A DNA stretch of 64,000 nt from positions 1,536,001 to 1,600,000 of the forward strand of contig CAVXRD010000001.1 in assembly GCA_963764165.1 (NCBI GenBank), given 5' to 3'. The notes beneath the pieces were generated by a model. It had not been told where the DNA came from. It did no database searches and saw only the letters and a program-made list of their open reading frames with translations. The translations under genes were made by a program, and so were the position numbers. The first letter of the stretch is position 1. Every line of letters begins with the position of its first letter. The DNA comes from an uncultured Verrucomicrobiae bacterium (lineage in GTDB: Bacteria; Verrucomicrobiota; Verrucomicrobiia; Limisphaerales; Palsa-1400). Below, one piece after another: positions 48,948 to 58,706 of this stretch.

Positions 48948-50867
48948 TTACTTGTTCTTTAGCAACTCACACGCGGGCTTTACGCCAAGATCACAGGCTT
49001 TCTCCAGCAGAGCGGTGGCGCGCTGCTCGTCCCGCGGCACACCATCGCCGGTGTGGTAGAGCTTGGCCAGATACAGGCAGCTTGGGCCGTCCCGCCCGTC
49101 GGCGGCCTTTTGCAGCCAGTGCGCGGCAACGGTGTGGTCTGGAGAACCGCCCTCCCCGGCCAGCAGCATCCTGCCCAGCTTCTGGCACGCCTCCACGTCC
49201 CCCAAAACCGCGCCTTGCTCATAGAATTGGCGAGCCTTGGTTTTATCCATCGCGCGGCCGCGCCCGAGGTCGCAAGCGCAGCCCAGGATGTAATAGACTC
49301 GCGCGTTTGTCATGCTGGCGGAGGCTGCTTCCAAGTGGGCCAGCGCCCGGTTTGCATAAGGTTCGGCTTCGGAGCGGCCCAATAAGACATATTGAATGGC
49401 GAGATTGGCGCAGCCCTCGGGATTGCCAAGCTCGCAGGCTTTATCAAAATAAAGGCAGGCTTTGGCCCGGTCGGCAGCGACAATCTTTCCCTGAACGTAA
49501 AGCGTTCCCACTTGGTTGCACAGCACGCCCAGGGATTGCTCGCGGCTTTGTGGTCCAGCGGCGCCCACCACACCCGCCGGAATGGAATCATCGCGCAAGT
49601 CTTGCTTCTCGAAGTCCGCCAGCAGGCCCATCAGGTTTTTCGTCGCGTTGGGCCGCTTTTCTTGCGCGGCCCTGGCCCAGAACCCGATGGTCGCCCCAGG
49701 ATGCGGCGCCTCGACAAAACCGGCGCCCAGCATCAGCAGAAACATCGCCGCCCAGCAGGCCATATAGGTGTAATTCGGCGCGCGGGGGCCAGCCCTGCTT
49801 TCCCAGCGTCCCAATTTTCCCAAAGCACTGAGCGCGGCCAATCGATCCAGCAGCGGCGCCAGCAGGTTCAACATCGGAACCACCACCAATTTGTCGTAAA
49901 ACGACGGCAGCCCGATAGCTTCCAAGACCCAAAAAGCCGCGCACACGCCCAACCCATAAAGGCCACCGAAAACAATCCTGCCCAGGCTGCTGCGCGGGGT
50001 GGTTGCCGGATCCGTCATCAGCAGGTGCAATCCCAAAAAGACCGCGACGGGAATATTCGTGGTCACAAAAAAGTACACCCCGGTCGCGTGGAAATAGAAG
50101 AAGTCAACCAGAGCGATGGCCACCACAGCCGAAAACGTCAAGAGCGTGACGGAGAAAAAGTACTGCACCACCAGGCCACCCAAAAAAATCTCCAGATAGA
50201 GATAGGGCGGGCGCCCCTGTGTGAGGGCAATTTGCTCTCCCCAAGTGCATCCACTGTTGCCCGTGCAGATTAATACCAGCGAGACGATGGTCAGCGCCAG
50301 AGCCGACGGATTGAAAATATGCGTCCCCTTTCCCTCGCGCCGCCAGCGGATGAATTGCTTGCCCAGCACTCCCATGGCGACCATCAGGAACTGAAACACA
50401 AACCAATCGTCACGAAACCACATGAACAGATTGGTGCTGAAGATGATCGGCCACGGCCCGAATCCCAGCCGCCATGCCTGGCCCCGCCACCAGGTCAACA
50501 GCCCGTCAAATACATAAAGGAACACCACCTGCGAAAGAATCAGCGGAGCTTCCTCGTAGACATTCCGCCAATACCAGCCCCAGTACACATAAATGCTCAA
50601 CTGGACCAGAGCCTGCACGTAGTGCGACCTTACCGCCACGAACTCCCACGCCAACCCCGAACCATTCCGGCCCGCACGCATGAAGAGAACCCCTTGCCAG
50701 CATAACAAGAAGGCCGCCACCCCGCCGTAAGTCCAGGCCAGATGTGGATTCGTCCGCGCGCGCGAAATAAACCCGAGCGCCATAAACACCGCTGTCAGCG
50801 CCAGCGGCAGCGCCAGCGCCCGGCGAGTCCGCGGCGCCGGGGAATGGGTGGCGGCCGGCAAAGTCAT
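48948..50867 (-). CDS. RnfD/NqrB-like membrane domain fused to Sel1 repeats
   Basis: HIFNPSA and MTDPATTP in a multi-TM domain; KACELG..GC, Y..G.GV..D Sel1 repeats. Confidence 0.8.
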   Translation of the reverse strand: MTLPAATHSPAPRTRRALALPLALTAVFMALGFISRARTNPHLAWTYGGVAAFLLCWQGVLFMRAGRNGSGLAWEFVAVRSHYVQALVQLSIYVYWGWYWRNVYEEAPLILSQVVFLYVFDGLLTWWRGQAWRLGFGPWPIIFSTNLFMWFRDDWFVFQFLMVAMGVLGKQFIRWRREGKGTHIFNPSALALTIVSLVLICTGNSGCTWGEQIALTQGRPPYLYLEIFLGGLVVQYFFSVTLLTFSAVVAIALVDFFYFHATGVYFFVTTNIPVAVFLGLHLLMTDPATTPRSSLGRIVFGGLYGLGVCAAFWVLEAIGLPSFYDKLVVVPMLNLLAPLLDRLAALSALGKLGRWESRAGPRAPNYTYMACWAAMFLLMLGAGFVEAPHPGATIGFWARAAQEKRPNATKNLMGLLADFEKQDLRDDSIPAGVVGAAGPQSREQSLGVLCNQVGTLYVQGKIVAADRAKACLYFDKACELGNPEGCANLAIQYVLLGRSEAEPYANRALAHLEAASASMTNARVYYILGCACDLGRGRAMDKTKARQFYEQGAVLGDVEACQKLGRMLLAGEGGSPDHTVAAHWLQKAADGRDGPSCLYLAKLYHTGDGVPRDEQRATALLEKACDLGVKPACELLKNK

Positions 50868-51146
50868 TTCCGAAACAGGCTATGCAGGCATCGAATGGGC
50901 GATGTCGCTGGTGGAGTCATGGTATGCCGAACTTTATCCGGCGGGCTCGAACTGTCGAGACAAGATTTCGATCTGCCTGGCGCAAAAAACTAATGTTCAC
51001 TGGAGGAAGACCGGGAAAACGGAGACAAAAAAACATCTTTAGGCCCGTCGTCTTTGCGGCAGGCATTTGAGTGGACGGCGGATTTGGTTTTGGGTTCCTC
51101 TGCGCACTCATCTTTTCTGCGCGGACGTTTTTTCCCCGGAGATCCA

Positions 51147-51265
51147 TGTCGCGAAAACCCAAGGGTGCAACAGGGTGCAATAGCGTGCAACGCCCCGATC
51201 ACGAACGGCTCCCCTCGCGCGGGGATCCGCAAAATATCAAAGAACACGCCCTGACGGCGACAACC
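51147..51265 (-). ncRNA. Candidate ~130-nt ncRNA/leader, copy 2
   Basis: TTGACA-N16-TATGTT promoter; same conserved blocks as copies 1 and 3. Confidence 0.55.
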
Positions 51266-51358
51266 AGGAACATAAGGCCGAAACTCCGTTTGTCAATTCC
51301 GATTGCAATTACACGCTTATGTGGTACTTCGTCGCATGACAAGCGAAACATCGATTGT

Positions 51359-51622
51359 TCAGGCTGGACCGGAGGCGAAAGAATTGACGGGGGCGCGGGG
51401 CCGAGGTTGCGCTGCGCTTTCGCAGTGTTCATAGCTCGGCCCGTCCTCGCCGCCGTTGCCCTGCGTCACTCTGCTCGAAATGATCGTGCCTTCAGTCGAA
51501 GGATAGCCGGTCGCCATGGCTTGCCGAACGGCGGGCACGACCAGGAAACCGTCAAAAAGCAACGTGATCGCCGACCAAAATACTCCAAAGAATGCCAGGA
51601 ACAGTCTGCCCTTCATTTGCAC
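51359..51622 (-). pseudogene. Truncated DUF3592-like membrane protein
   Basis: TM helix then YPSTEGTIISSRV; ends where repeat copy 2 begins. Confidence 0.45.
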
Positions 51623-51815
51623 AAATTATCACGAGGATGGCTTGCACGTGTCAATCAGTGGAAAATGAAGAATACACCACCTCGCTGAAGCGAGGTGTTA
51701 ATGGAAAGACAGCCAGAAGAATTCTATCTCACACCCATTAGGCATATCCGGGCGGAAATCGGTGTTGGGGCGGAAATCGGTTGCGCTTTTACGGGCGAAA
51801 GGGCAATAATATCGC

Positions 51816-53462
51816 ATGGCAGGACTTCCAAAAAAACCGCTCGGACCGGCATGGCGCGTACTTTTGCTTTTGTTTCCGCTGCTCGCGCCGGCGGCGGTGC
51901 AGGCTCAGTACGCCTACTCACTCAACGCCGACGGGGTTTCTGTCACCATCACCGATTATACTGGCCCCGCAGGCAGCGTCATCATTCCCAGCAGCCTCAA
52001 CGGATATGCGGTCAGCGGCATTGCGGAGGATGCTTTTTTCAATTGCCAGATGACGAATGTGACGATTCCCGGCACCGTTACCGTCATTGGACCGGAGGCG
52101 TTTTATCAATGCGGCAATCTGCCCACGGTGGCGATTCCTTCCAGTGTGACGAACATCGGAGCCGGCGCGTTCGCCGCGTGCATTGACTTGAAATCCTTCA
52201 CTGTGGCGGCGCAGAACGAGTATTACGCCAGTTCACAAAGCATCTTGTTCGACAAGGGGCTGGACACGCTGGTTGAATACCCGAGCGGCGCGAGTGGAAC
52301 TTATACGATTCCGGGGACGGTCACGAACCTGGCGGACGGCGCGTTCGAAGGCTGCACGAGCATGACTCATATCACTGTTCCAACTAGCATCGCGAACATC
52401 AGCGAGTATGCCTTCGCCTACTGTTATGACATGACCAGCATTACCCTGCCGGCCACCATCACGAACATTGCCGATCATGCGTTTTACGGCTGCAACGGCC
52501 TGGGAAGCATCACGATCCCGACTAATACCACCAGCATTGGGGCCGAAGCGTTTTATGGCTGTTACGACCTTGGCAGCGTCACGATTCCCGCTGGTGTCAC
52601 GAACATCGGAGCAGGGCCGTTCGAGTGGTGCATCGGGTTGAAGACTCTTGCCGTCGCAGCCCAAAATCCCTCATACAGCAGCGCCAGCAATGTCTTGTTC
52701 GACAAGAGCCAGGACACGCTCATCCAATTTCCCGGCGGGCTCAACGGAAGCTACACCATTCCCGGAAGCGTCAATGCCATAGCATCTTCCGCCTTCGCAG
52801 GCTGCCAATCGTTGAAAAACGTCGCGATTCCTTCGAGCGTTAAAAATATCGGAGATAATGCGTTCTATGAATGTTACGACCTGGCCAATATCACGATTCC
52901 CGGCGGCGTCACCAATCTCGGCGCCAATCTGTTTTATGGCTGCAATGGATTGACGAATGTTACGATTGCCTCAGGCATCACCAACATCGGGAGTGATGAC
53001 TTCTACGGCTGCTATGGGCTGACGAGCGTGACCGTTCCCGCCAGCGTCACCAGCCTTTATGATGGAGCGTTCGAGTACTGCGTTCATTTGACTACCTTGT
53101 ATTTTCTAGGCAACGCGCCCAGCGCCGACACAACCGTGTTCACGCACGACGCCGACTCGCCAACGATATATTATTTGCCCGGGACAACTGGCTGGAGTTC
53201 CAGTTTTGCCGGAGAGACGGCGGTCGAGTGGAACGCGCTGATACAAGTCAGCGATGGAAATTTTGGCGTGCGAGGCAATCAATTCGGATTCGACATTGCT
53301 GGATCGGCGAATATCCCCATCGTCGTGGAAGCCTGCACGAATCTGGCCAACCCGGTATGGACGCCGTTGGAATCGGCCACTTTGACAAACGGGCTGGTTT
53401 ATTTCAGCGATTCTAACTCGATCAGTTTTCCCGCCCGCTTTTACCGCGTCAGTTCACCCTAG
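51816..53462 (+). CDS. BspA-type leucine-rich repeat (LRR_5) surface protein
   Basis: Repeated IPxSVTxIGxxAFxxCxxL; signal peptide; C-terminal TNL..W..RFYRV tail. Confidence 0.92.
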   Translation: MAGLPKKPLGPAWRVLLLLFPLLAPAAVQAQYAYSLNADGVSVTITDYTGPAGSVIIPSSLNGYAVSGIAEDAFFNCQMTNVTIPGTVTVIGPEAFYQCGNLPTVAIPSSVTNIGAGAFAACIDLKSFTVAAQNEYYASSQSILFDKGLDTLVEYPSGASGTYTIPGTVTNLADGAFEGCTSMTHITVPTSIANISEYAFAYCYDMTSITLPATITNIADHAFYGCNGLGSITIPTNTTSIGAEAFYGCYDLGSVTIPAGVTNIGAGPFEWCIGLKTLAVAAQNPSYSSASNVLFDKSQDTLIQFPGGLNGSYTIPGSVNAIASSAFAGCQSLKNVAIPSSVKNIGDNAFYECYDLANITIPGGVTNLGANLFYGCNGLTNVTIASGITNIGSDDFYGCYGLTSVTVPASVTSLYDGAFEYCVHLTTLYFLGNAPSADTTVFTHDADSPTIYYLPGTTGWSSSFAGETAVEWNALIQVSDGNFGVRGNQFGFDIAGSANIPIVVEACTNLANPVWTPLESATLTNGLVYFSDSNSISFPARFYRVSSP

Positions 53463-53478
53463 CGAAGACGGTCGAACT

Positions 53479-55890
53479 ATGGATTATCATCTCCACTCCG
53501 GCAAGGAAGTCCTCGGTGTGTTTCCGTTGGAGGAATTGCGGCGGCGGCGGCTTGACGGGCGGTTGACCGGCAATGAAATGGTTTGGCGCCAGGGGATGCC
53601 CAACTGGAGACCGTTGGATGAAGCGCTGGGCATTTCGCCCAACTCCGCCCCGAACCGAAAAACCAGCCCGTGGCTGATCGTGGGCATTGCGGCCGGCGTC
53701 TTTTGCCTGATCATCGGGCTCGTGGTTTCCTTCTTCGTGGCTCGGAGGTTCGTGCAAGGATTGCGAGCCGCCAAGATACAGCATTCTCAGGGGGCAGCAA
53801 GCCCTTGGCTGGCAAACGAAAACGGAGTGGAAGCGGCCAGCCGCCCGATTCAACAGACGACCAAAACTCTTCGTCAAGCCGATGTTCAGAAAATGAACAA
53901 AGCCTTTCGCGTTCGGCAATACCTTGACGCTTACCAGCAGTTTGGGGCGCATGACCAACCTTGGGACGCGGATGCCAGATTCTTCATCCAATCTTGGATT
54001 GATAGCAACTTTGGCGGTGATGACGCAACGAACCTTCCCTACGTGCCAGCTTTGGGAGACAAACTGGCATCGAATAACGGATGCGCAGACCCGATCGTTC
54101 TGACGGTGGCCGGGGTGACTTGCGTGGAGCTTTTCGAAAGCCGCGCCCGACTCGAAAAAGCGGTGGCAGCGTTCGCCCATTCGCATTACAAGGCGTATCC
54201 AAGGATGTTCGCCACCGAGTCGCTGGCTGGCGCGTTGAAAGGCCAGGCGGCCCGTGTCAAATCGCTGGACATAGAGGCGCTGGATCTGTTTAAGGAATCT
54301 CTCCATGATGGCAGCCTGCAGGCGGCGGACCAGGAGGAACTAGCCTTCGTTTTCACGGACAATTGGGGCGCTGGCTTATTTGAGAGGCATCCCGAAAAGG
54401 TGATTTCCATCACAGAACAAGCGGGGCCGGATTTTCGCTGGCTGGCTTGCCTGCTCCGCGGCTTCGTGGAGGTCAAGCACGCCTGGAAGGCGCGCGGGGA
54501 CGGATGGGCTAATTCGGTTTCCGCAGCCGGCTGGCAGGGATTTCACGACCATCTGGCCAACGCCAACATCATCCTGACGGAAGCATGGAAGCTTCACCCG
54601 GAATGGCCGCAAGCGGCCGCGGAAATGGTAACCGTCATCATGGCTGAGTCCGATGCAGACCAGGCGCGCGACTGGTTTGATCGGGCCACCGTGGCCCAAA
54701 TTGATGACCCGGCGGCGTGGAACAACATGCGCTGGGCATTGCGCCCCCGTTGGGAAGGCAGCCTCGAGGCCTTGCGGGCTTTTGGCGCCTCCGCCATCAA
54801 TTCGGAACGCTTTGACACCGACGTGCCCCGCAAGTTTTTTGATTGTGTCACAGACATCGAAACGGATTCCAAAAATCTGCCCGGCCAGCACATTTACGGC
54901 CGTGAGGACATTTGGCCCGAGATGAAGCGAATGTATGAAGGCTACATCGCCGCGCCTTCTCAAGAGCGTTACGCCGCTGGCTGGCGGGGGTCGTACGCGA
55001 TTGTCGCCTATTTTGCGAATCACTTCGACGTCGCCCGCGAGCAATTGGAAAAGCTGGATTGGCAGTTGCCACCCGCAAAGCTTGAGGGCTGGGGAACCGA
55101 TCTTTCGCTGGTGACGTTGGAGGTGGCTGCGCGCACTGGCTCCCAAGCTCGCGAGATCACGGAAGCTGAGCACGCCCGCGACGACGACAGAATTGACGAA
55201 GCTCTGAAGCTTTATCAAAAGCTGGCGTCGTCCGCCCGGGATGAACGCACAAAACAATTCATCCAGCATCGCGTGGCCTCGCTGGCAATTGAGCAGCGGC
55301 TGCAAAAGGGCGATTGGATTGATTTCCTGCCCTCTTCCACCAACGATTTAAATTGGATTTCAGCGCGCGGGCGCTGGAATGTTCTTCCTGATGGCGCCGT
55401 CGAGATTGAGTCCGGCCCGACGGGTTCCATGCTTTTTTCCGGGGTTCGGGTCGGCACGGAATTCGAGGTCAAAGGAGAATTCGAGGCCGTGCGCTCGACG
55501 ACCGGGGATTTTCAGGCGGGGCTGGTGATGGGCCTGCCGGAGTCGAGCCAATCGGATTGGTATGCCTTCCTCGTCAAACGCAATCGCAACGAAGGCCAGA
55601 TCGCGGCGTATGCCAGGGCGTGGAGTTTGCGGGGGAGCGTGCGGCTTCCGGCAGCCGTGCATGACGGCCGGAATTCGTTTCTATTTCGACTGCGCGACGG
55701 CAAAGCCGACGCCTCCGTCAACGATGCGGAGGTCATCCACAATGCGGATAACCCCGGCTCCATACGTGTTTGCGACAATCAATTCCTTTTGGGTTTGGGC
55801 GCTTACAATGACATGAACGAAACGGTCATCCGGTATTCCAACGTGAAGGTGCGCCGGCTTGGGGGCACAGGTTCTTCGTCCGGGCGATAG
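53479..55890 (+). CDS. GYF_2/DUF4339 + TM + helical (DUF4034-like) + beta-sandwich protein
   Basis: VWRQGMPNWRPL, one TM, AWKARG, LRPRWEGS. Confidence 0.75.
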   Translation: MDYHLHSGKEVLGVFPLEELRRRRLDGRLTGNEMVWRQGMPNWRPLDEALGISPNSAPNRKTSPWLIVGIAAGVFCLIIGLVVSFFVARRFVQGLRAAKIQHSQGAASPWLANENGVEAASRPIQQTTKTLRQADVQKMNKAFRVRQYLDAYQQFGAHDQPWDADARFFIQSWIDSNFGGDDATNLPYVPALGDKLASNNGCADPIVLTVAGVTCVELFESRARLEKAVAAFAHSHYKAYPRMFATESLAGALKGQAARVKSLDIEALDLFKESLHDGSLQAADQEELAFVFTDNWGAGLFERHPEKVISITEQAGPDFRWLACLLRGFVEVKHAWKARGDGWANSVSAAGWQGFHDHLANANIILTEAWKLHPEWPQAAAEMVTVIMAESDADQARDWFDRATVAQIDDPAAWNNMRWALRPRWEGSLEALRAFGASAINSERFDTDVPRKFFDCVTDIETDSKNLPGQHIYGREDIWPEMKRMYEGYIAAPSQERYAAGWRGSYAIVAYFANHFDVAREQLEKLDWQLPPAKLEGWGTDLSLVTLEVAARTGSQAREITEAEHARDDDRIDEALKLYQKLASSARDERTKQFIQHRVASLAIEQRLQKGDWIDFLPSSTNDLNWISARGRWNVLPDGAVEIESGPTGSMLFSGVRVGTEFEVKGEFEAVRSTTGDFQAGLVMGLPESSQSDWYAFLVKRNRNEGQIAAYARAWSLRGSVRLPAAVHDGRNSFLFRLRDGKADASVNDAEVIHNADNPGSIRVCDNQFLLGLGAYNDMNETVIRYSNVKVRRLGGTGSSSGR

Positions 55891-55991
55891 TCAAGTCCTG
55901 CGCCGGACCGATAAAATAACTGACACCACATCGGCGACCATCCGGTGTGCGATTCGAATTCAAGATCCGGGCATACGCATCTTAATTCCGC

Positions 55992-56094
55992 GGTAGGGAC
56001 GCCTCGCCGAGGCGTCCGGTTGCGCGTGAAAATGCTTTTGGCTTTGTGCGTGAATAATGCCTCACCCCGGACGCCTCGGCGAGGCGTCCCTACC
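55992..56094. repeat. GTAG-type REP doublet (REPIN-like)
   Basis: Perfect 28-bp IR GGTAGGGACGCCTCGCCGAGGCGTCCGG at 55992-56019 / 56067-56094, each arm palindromic. Confidence 0.88.
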
Positions 56095-56203
56095 AATCAA
56101 CAAGCCTGGCGCTCGTTGATTTTCAATAGATTACAAAGAATTAAGATGTGTCTGCCAGAATTCAAGATTGATCGCCCCTACTCGATGGCGTATTGAACGG
56201 AGC

Positions 56204-57979
56204 ATGGGTTTTTTCCGTCCTTTAAGCACAAAACCAAAAAACTCCGGGGAAGATTCGAAGGAACTCGATTGCTATCCAGATGGCGGGCAGCTCAAATCCT
56301 GGCACTGGATATGTGGGATTGCCGCCGGTTTGTTTTATGCGGTTTTCATTTGGAAAAATTCATTCATGGTCAGCGGCGTGCGTTTTTTTTCCCTGTTCGA
56401 TGACGGGATGATTTCGATGCGTTACGCGAAAAACCTCGCTGACGGCTTCGGTCTGCGTTGGAATCCCGGGGAAGCGCCGGTGGAGGGATACACCAATTTT
56501 CTCTGGACGCTTTACATGGCCGCAATCCATCTGCTGCCGATTGCCCTCTCCAAGACCTCGCTGCTGGTGATGCTGACCGGAGTCGCGATACTGCTGGCCA
56601 ACCTGTTGGTGGTAAAAAGCGTGGCCGAACGCATCGTCGGGAAAGATTCTTATGTGCCGCTGATAGCTGTTTTTCTCACCGCGTTTTATTATCCCCTGAT
56701 CTACTGGACACTCAGAGGGATGGAGGTCGGTTTCTTTTGTTTGCTGATCAACGCAGCTATACTTGCCGCGTTCCGCCTCGAAGACCGCTACTCTCTCGCC
56801 GAGGTATGGTGGTTGGCTTTGGCTTGCTGTGCGGCAGTGCTGACACGTCCTGATGCCATCGTCCCTATAGCCGTCATCGGCATGTTCTTGCTCTATGTTA
56901 TCTGGCAGCATGGCTTTAAGCGCGGCTACTTGATCATTCCGTTTGCCATCGCTGCAGTGGCGGCGGGTCAGACGGCGTTTCGGGTGGCATACTACGGCGA
57001 TCCACTTCCCAATACCTATTATCTGAAAGTGACCGGAGTGACGCTGTTGGAACGAGGCGCTCGCGGTTTTGAGGTGCTATATCAAGTTGCTCTCTATCAT
57101 CTCTGGCCGGTCCTATTAATTCTTGCGGTGGGATTGGCAATGAATTTCAAACGGCTGATCTCTCCAAAGGTTCTTCTGCTGCTCGGCATCTTTGCTGGGC
57201 AGGCATCCTATTCGGTCTACGTGGGTGGCGACGCCTGGGACTGGATGCTTTTTTCAAATCGTTACCTCACTGTCGCCATGCCCGCTTTGTTTGTGGCGCT
57301 GGGTCTGGCCGTCACGATGCTGTGCCAATTCCGGCAAATGGCATTGATGGTCACCCTGCCCGCTTTGGGCGTCGTGCTTTTGCAGCAATCTCTTTGGTAT
57401 TTTGAAGTCGGCTCGACAACATGGCACGGCCCGGCCCTGGCTCTGGTGGGGGCCTTGAGCGTCGCCACCGGATTGGGCATGCTCCTTCTTAACAGCAATC
57501 GTCGTGTCACTCCTTCGAGTGTGTCTCTGGCAGCAATCCTATTGGTGTGCCTGACAATGAATATCTACGGGGTGACGACCTGGTTTTCAGGGAAGGGGCA
57601 AGAAATTCAGGAAGACGCAGAGGCTTCGCGCGCCGGTTTGTTGTTGGGCCAGGGCACAGCGCCGGACACTACGATTGCCTATGTCAAAGCTGGCGCGGCG
57701 CCCTACTTTGCGGGTCGCCGGGCCATTGATTTGCTGGGCAAGAGCGATCCGGCGATAGCGAAAGGCACGCCTGCGACCAAGTTTTATCCGGGACATAACA
57801 AATGGAATTATGATTACAGCATCGGCAAGCTGAAACCCGACCTCGTCGCGGCCTTGTGGAAAGCCACGGCTGCGGACACCAACATGATGACTAATTGGGG
57901 TTATGCGCTGCTTCGCAACGGAATGTATCTTCGTCAGGAAAGCGCCAATAAGGTCAATGTCGAAGTCCTATGCCCCTAG
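56204..57979 (+). CDS. GT-C-type integral membrane glycosyltransferase (AftB-like)
   Basis: DDGMISMRYAKNL..G..WN..VEGYT..LW, GME, TRPD, YYG.PLPNTYY.K, GGD. Confidence 0.8.
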   Translation: MGFFRPLSTKPKNSGEDSKELDCYPDGGQLKSWHWICGIAAGLFYAVFIWKNSFMVSGVRFFSLFDDGMISMRYAKNLADGFGLRWNPGEAPVEGYTNFLWTLYMAAIHLLPIALSKTSLLVMLTGVAILLANLLVVKSVAERIVGKDSYVPLIAVFLTAFYYPLIYWTLRGMEVGFFCLLINAAILAAFRLEDRYSLAEVWWLALACCAAVLTRPDAIVPIAVIGMFLLYVIWQHGFKRGYLIIPFAIAAVAAGQTAFRVAYYGDPLPNTYYLKVTGVTLLERGARGFEVLYQVALYHLWPVLLILAVGLAMNFKRLISPKVLLLLGIFAGQASYSVYVGGDAWDWMLFSNRYLTVAMPALFVALGLAVTMLCQFRQMALMVTLPALGVVLLQQSLWYFEVGSTTWHGPALALVGALSVATGLGMLLLNSNRRVTPSSVSLAAILLVCLTMNIYGVTTWFSGKGQEIQEDAEASRAGLLLGQGTAPDTTIAYVKAGAAPYFAGRRAIDLLGKSDPAIAKGTPATKFYPGHNKWNYDYSIGKLKPDLVAALWKATAADTNMMTNWGYALLRNGMYLRQESANKVNVEVLCP

Positions 57980-58396
57980 AAATGGATTGTGCGTGTCCAC
58001 AAAAGGAAAGTGGCTGACGTCGCGCGTTACAACCGTCAGGCCCCAAGCGCGGGCGATTGCGGCGATGGCCGAGTCCCTCGTAGTTCGGGAATTCCAGAAG
58101 CTTTTACCGCGCTCGGCAAATATCGCAGCCGCATATTCACCCCACACTTCCGACTCCGCCGGTCCAAAGGGGAGCACAATATCGCGATAGTCTTCCCGCA
58201 GGAAGCTGATGTGCCGCAGTAAATCCGAGCGTCGCCTTCCGAAGGGTAGACGATGCACCCCGTAGTGCAATTCGCCAAAAGTGATCTCGGAAAGCGCGCA
58301 CTCATCCGCGTTCGCCTGAAGCCATGATTGAACCGCCGGATTGGGCTGCGGTTTCCACATCTCGGAAACGACGTTGGTATCGAGAAGCCAAGTCAT
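57968..58396 (-). CDS. vapC: PIN-domain VapC toxin
   Basis: WLLDTNVVSE, ITFGEL, DSAIAAIA, VVTRD. Confidence 0.92.
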   Translation of the reverse strand: MTWLLDTNVVSEMWKPQPNPAVQSWLQANADECALSEITFGELHYGVHRLPFGRRRSDLLRHISFLREDYRDIVLPFGPAESEVWGEYAAAIFAERGKSFWNSRTTRDSAIAAIARAWGLTVVTRDVSHFPFVDTHNPFLGA

Positions 58397-58626
58397 TCCT
58401 CAAGATAGGGCGGCAGCTTCAGTCCTTTGAGCCGCCTAAAATGCTCTGTTAAAGGCAAGCGGCGGCGCGGTTTTTTTCCAAGACGGGCGCGCAAGGCCGG
58501 CATCCCCAACTTCAACGACTGACGGATCACGTCGGCCTGACTCAGCTCTGTCTCTGCAGCGGTCGCCGCAAGATCCTGGGCCAATCCCTTTGACCCGGGC
58601 ACGGGAATTGTGTTAGTATGTTTCAC
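58393..58626 (-). CDS. vapB: Putative antitoxin (RHH/CopG-like), GTG start
   Basis: LSQADVIRQSL; ATGA overlap with vapC. Confidence 0.7.
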   Translation of the reverse strand: MKHTNTIPVPGSKGLAQDLAATAAETELSQADVIRQSLKLGMPALRARLGKKPRRRLPLTEHFRRLKGLKLPPYLEE

Positions 58627-58706
58627 AGAGAAATCATAATCGCTGCCGGTCCCTTTGCAAGAAGTATGAGATGCGATTTCTGGCATGTCTTCATGGCACG
58701 ACGAGG

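Noticed and set aside
45072..55305. Long antisense ORFs (45072-45869, 49082-49831, 49392-50273, 53449-54306, 54376-55305)
   Set aside because: Shadows of well-supported opposite-strand genes in GC-rich DNA.
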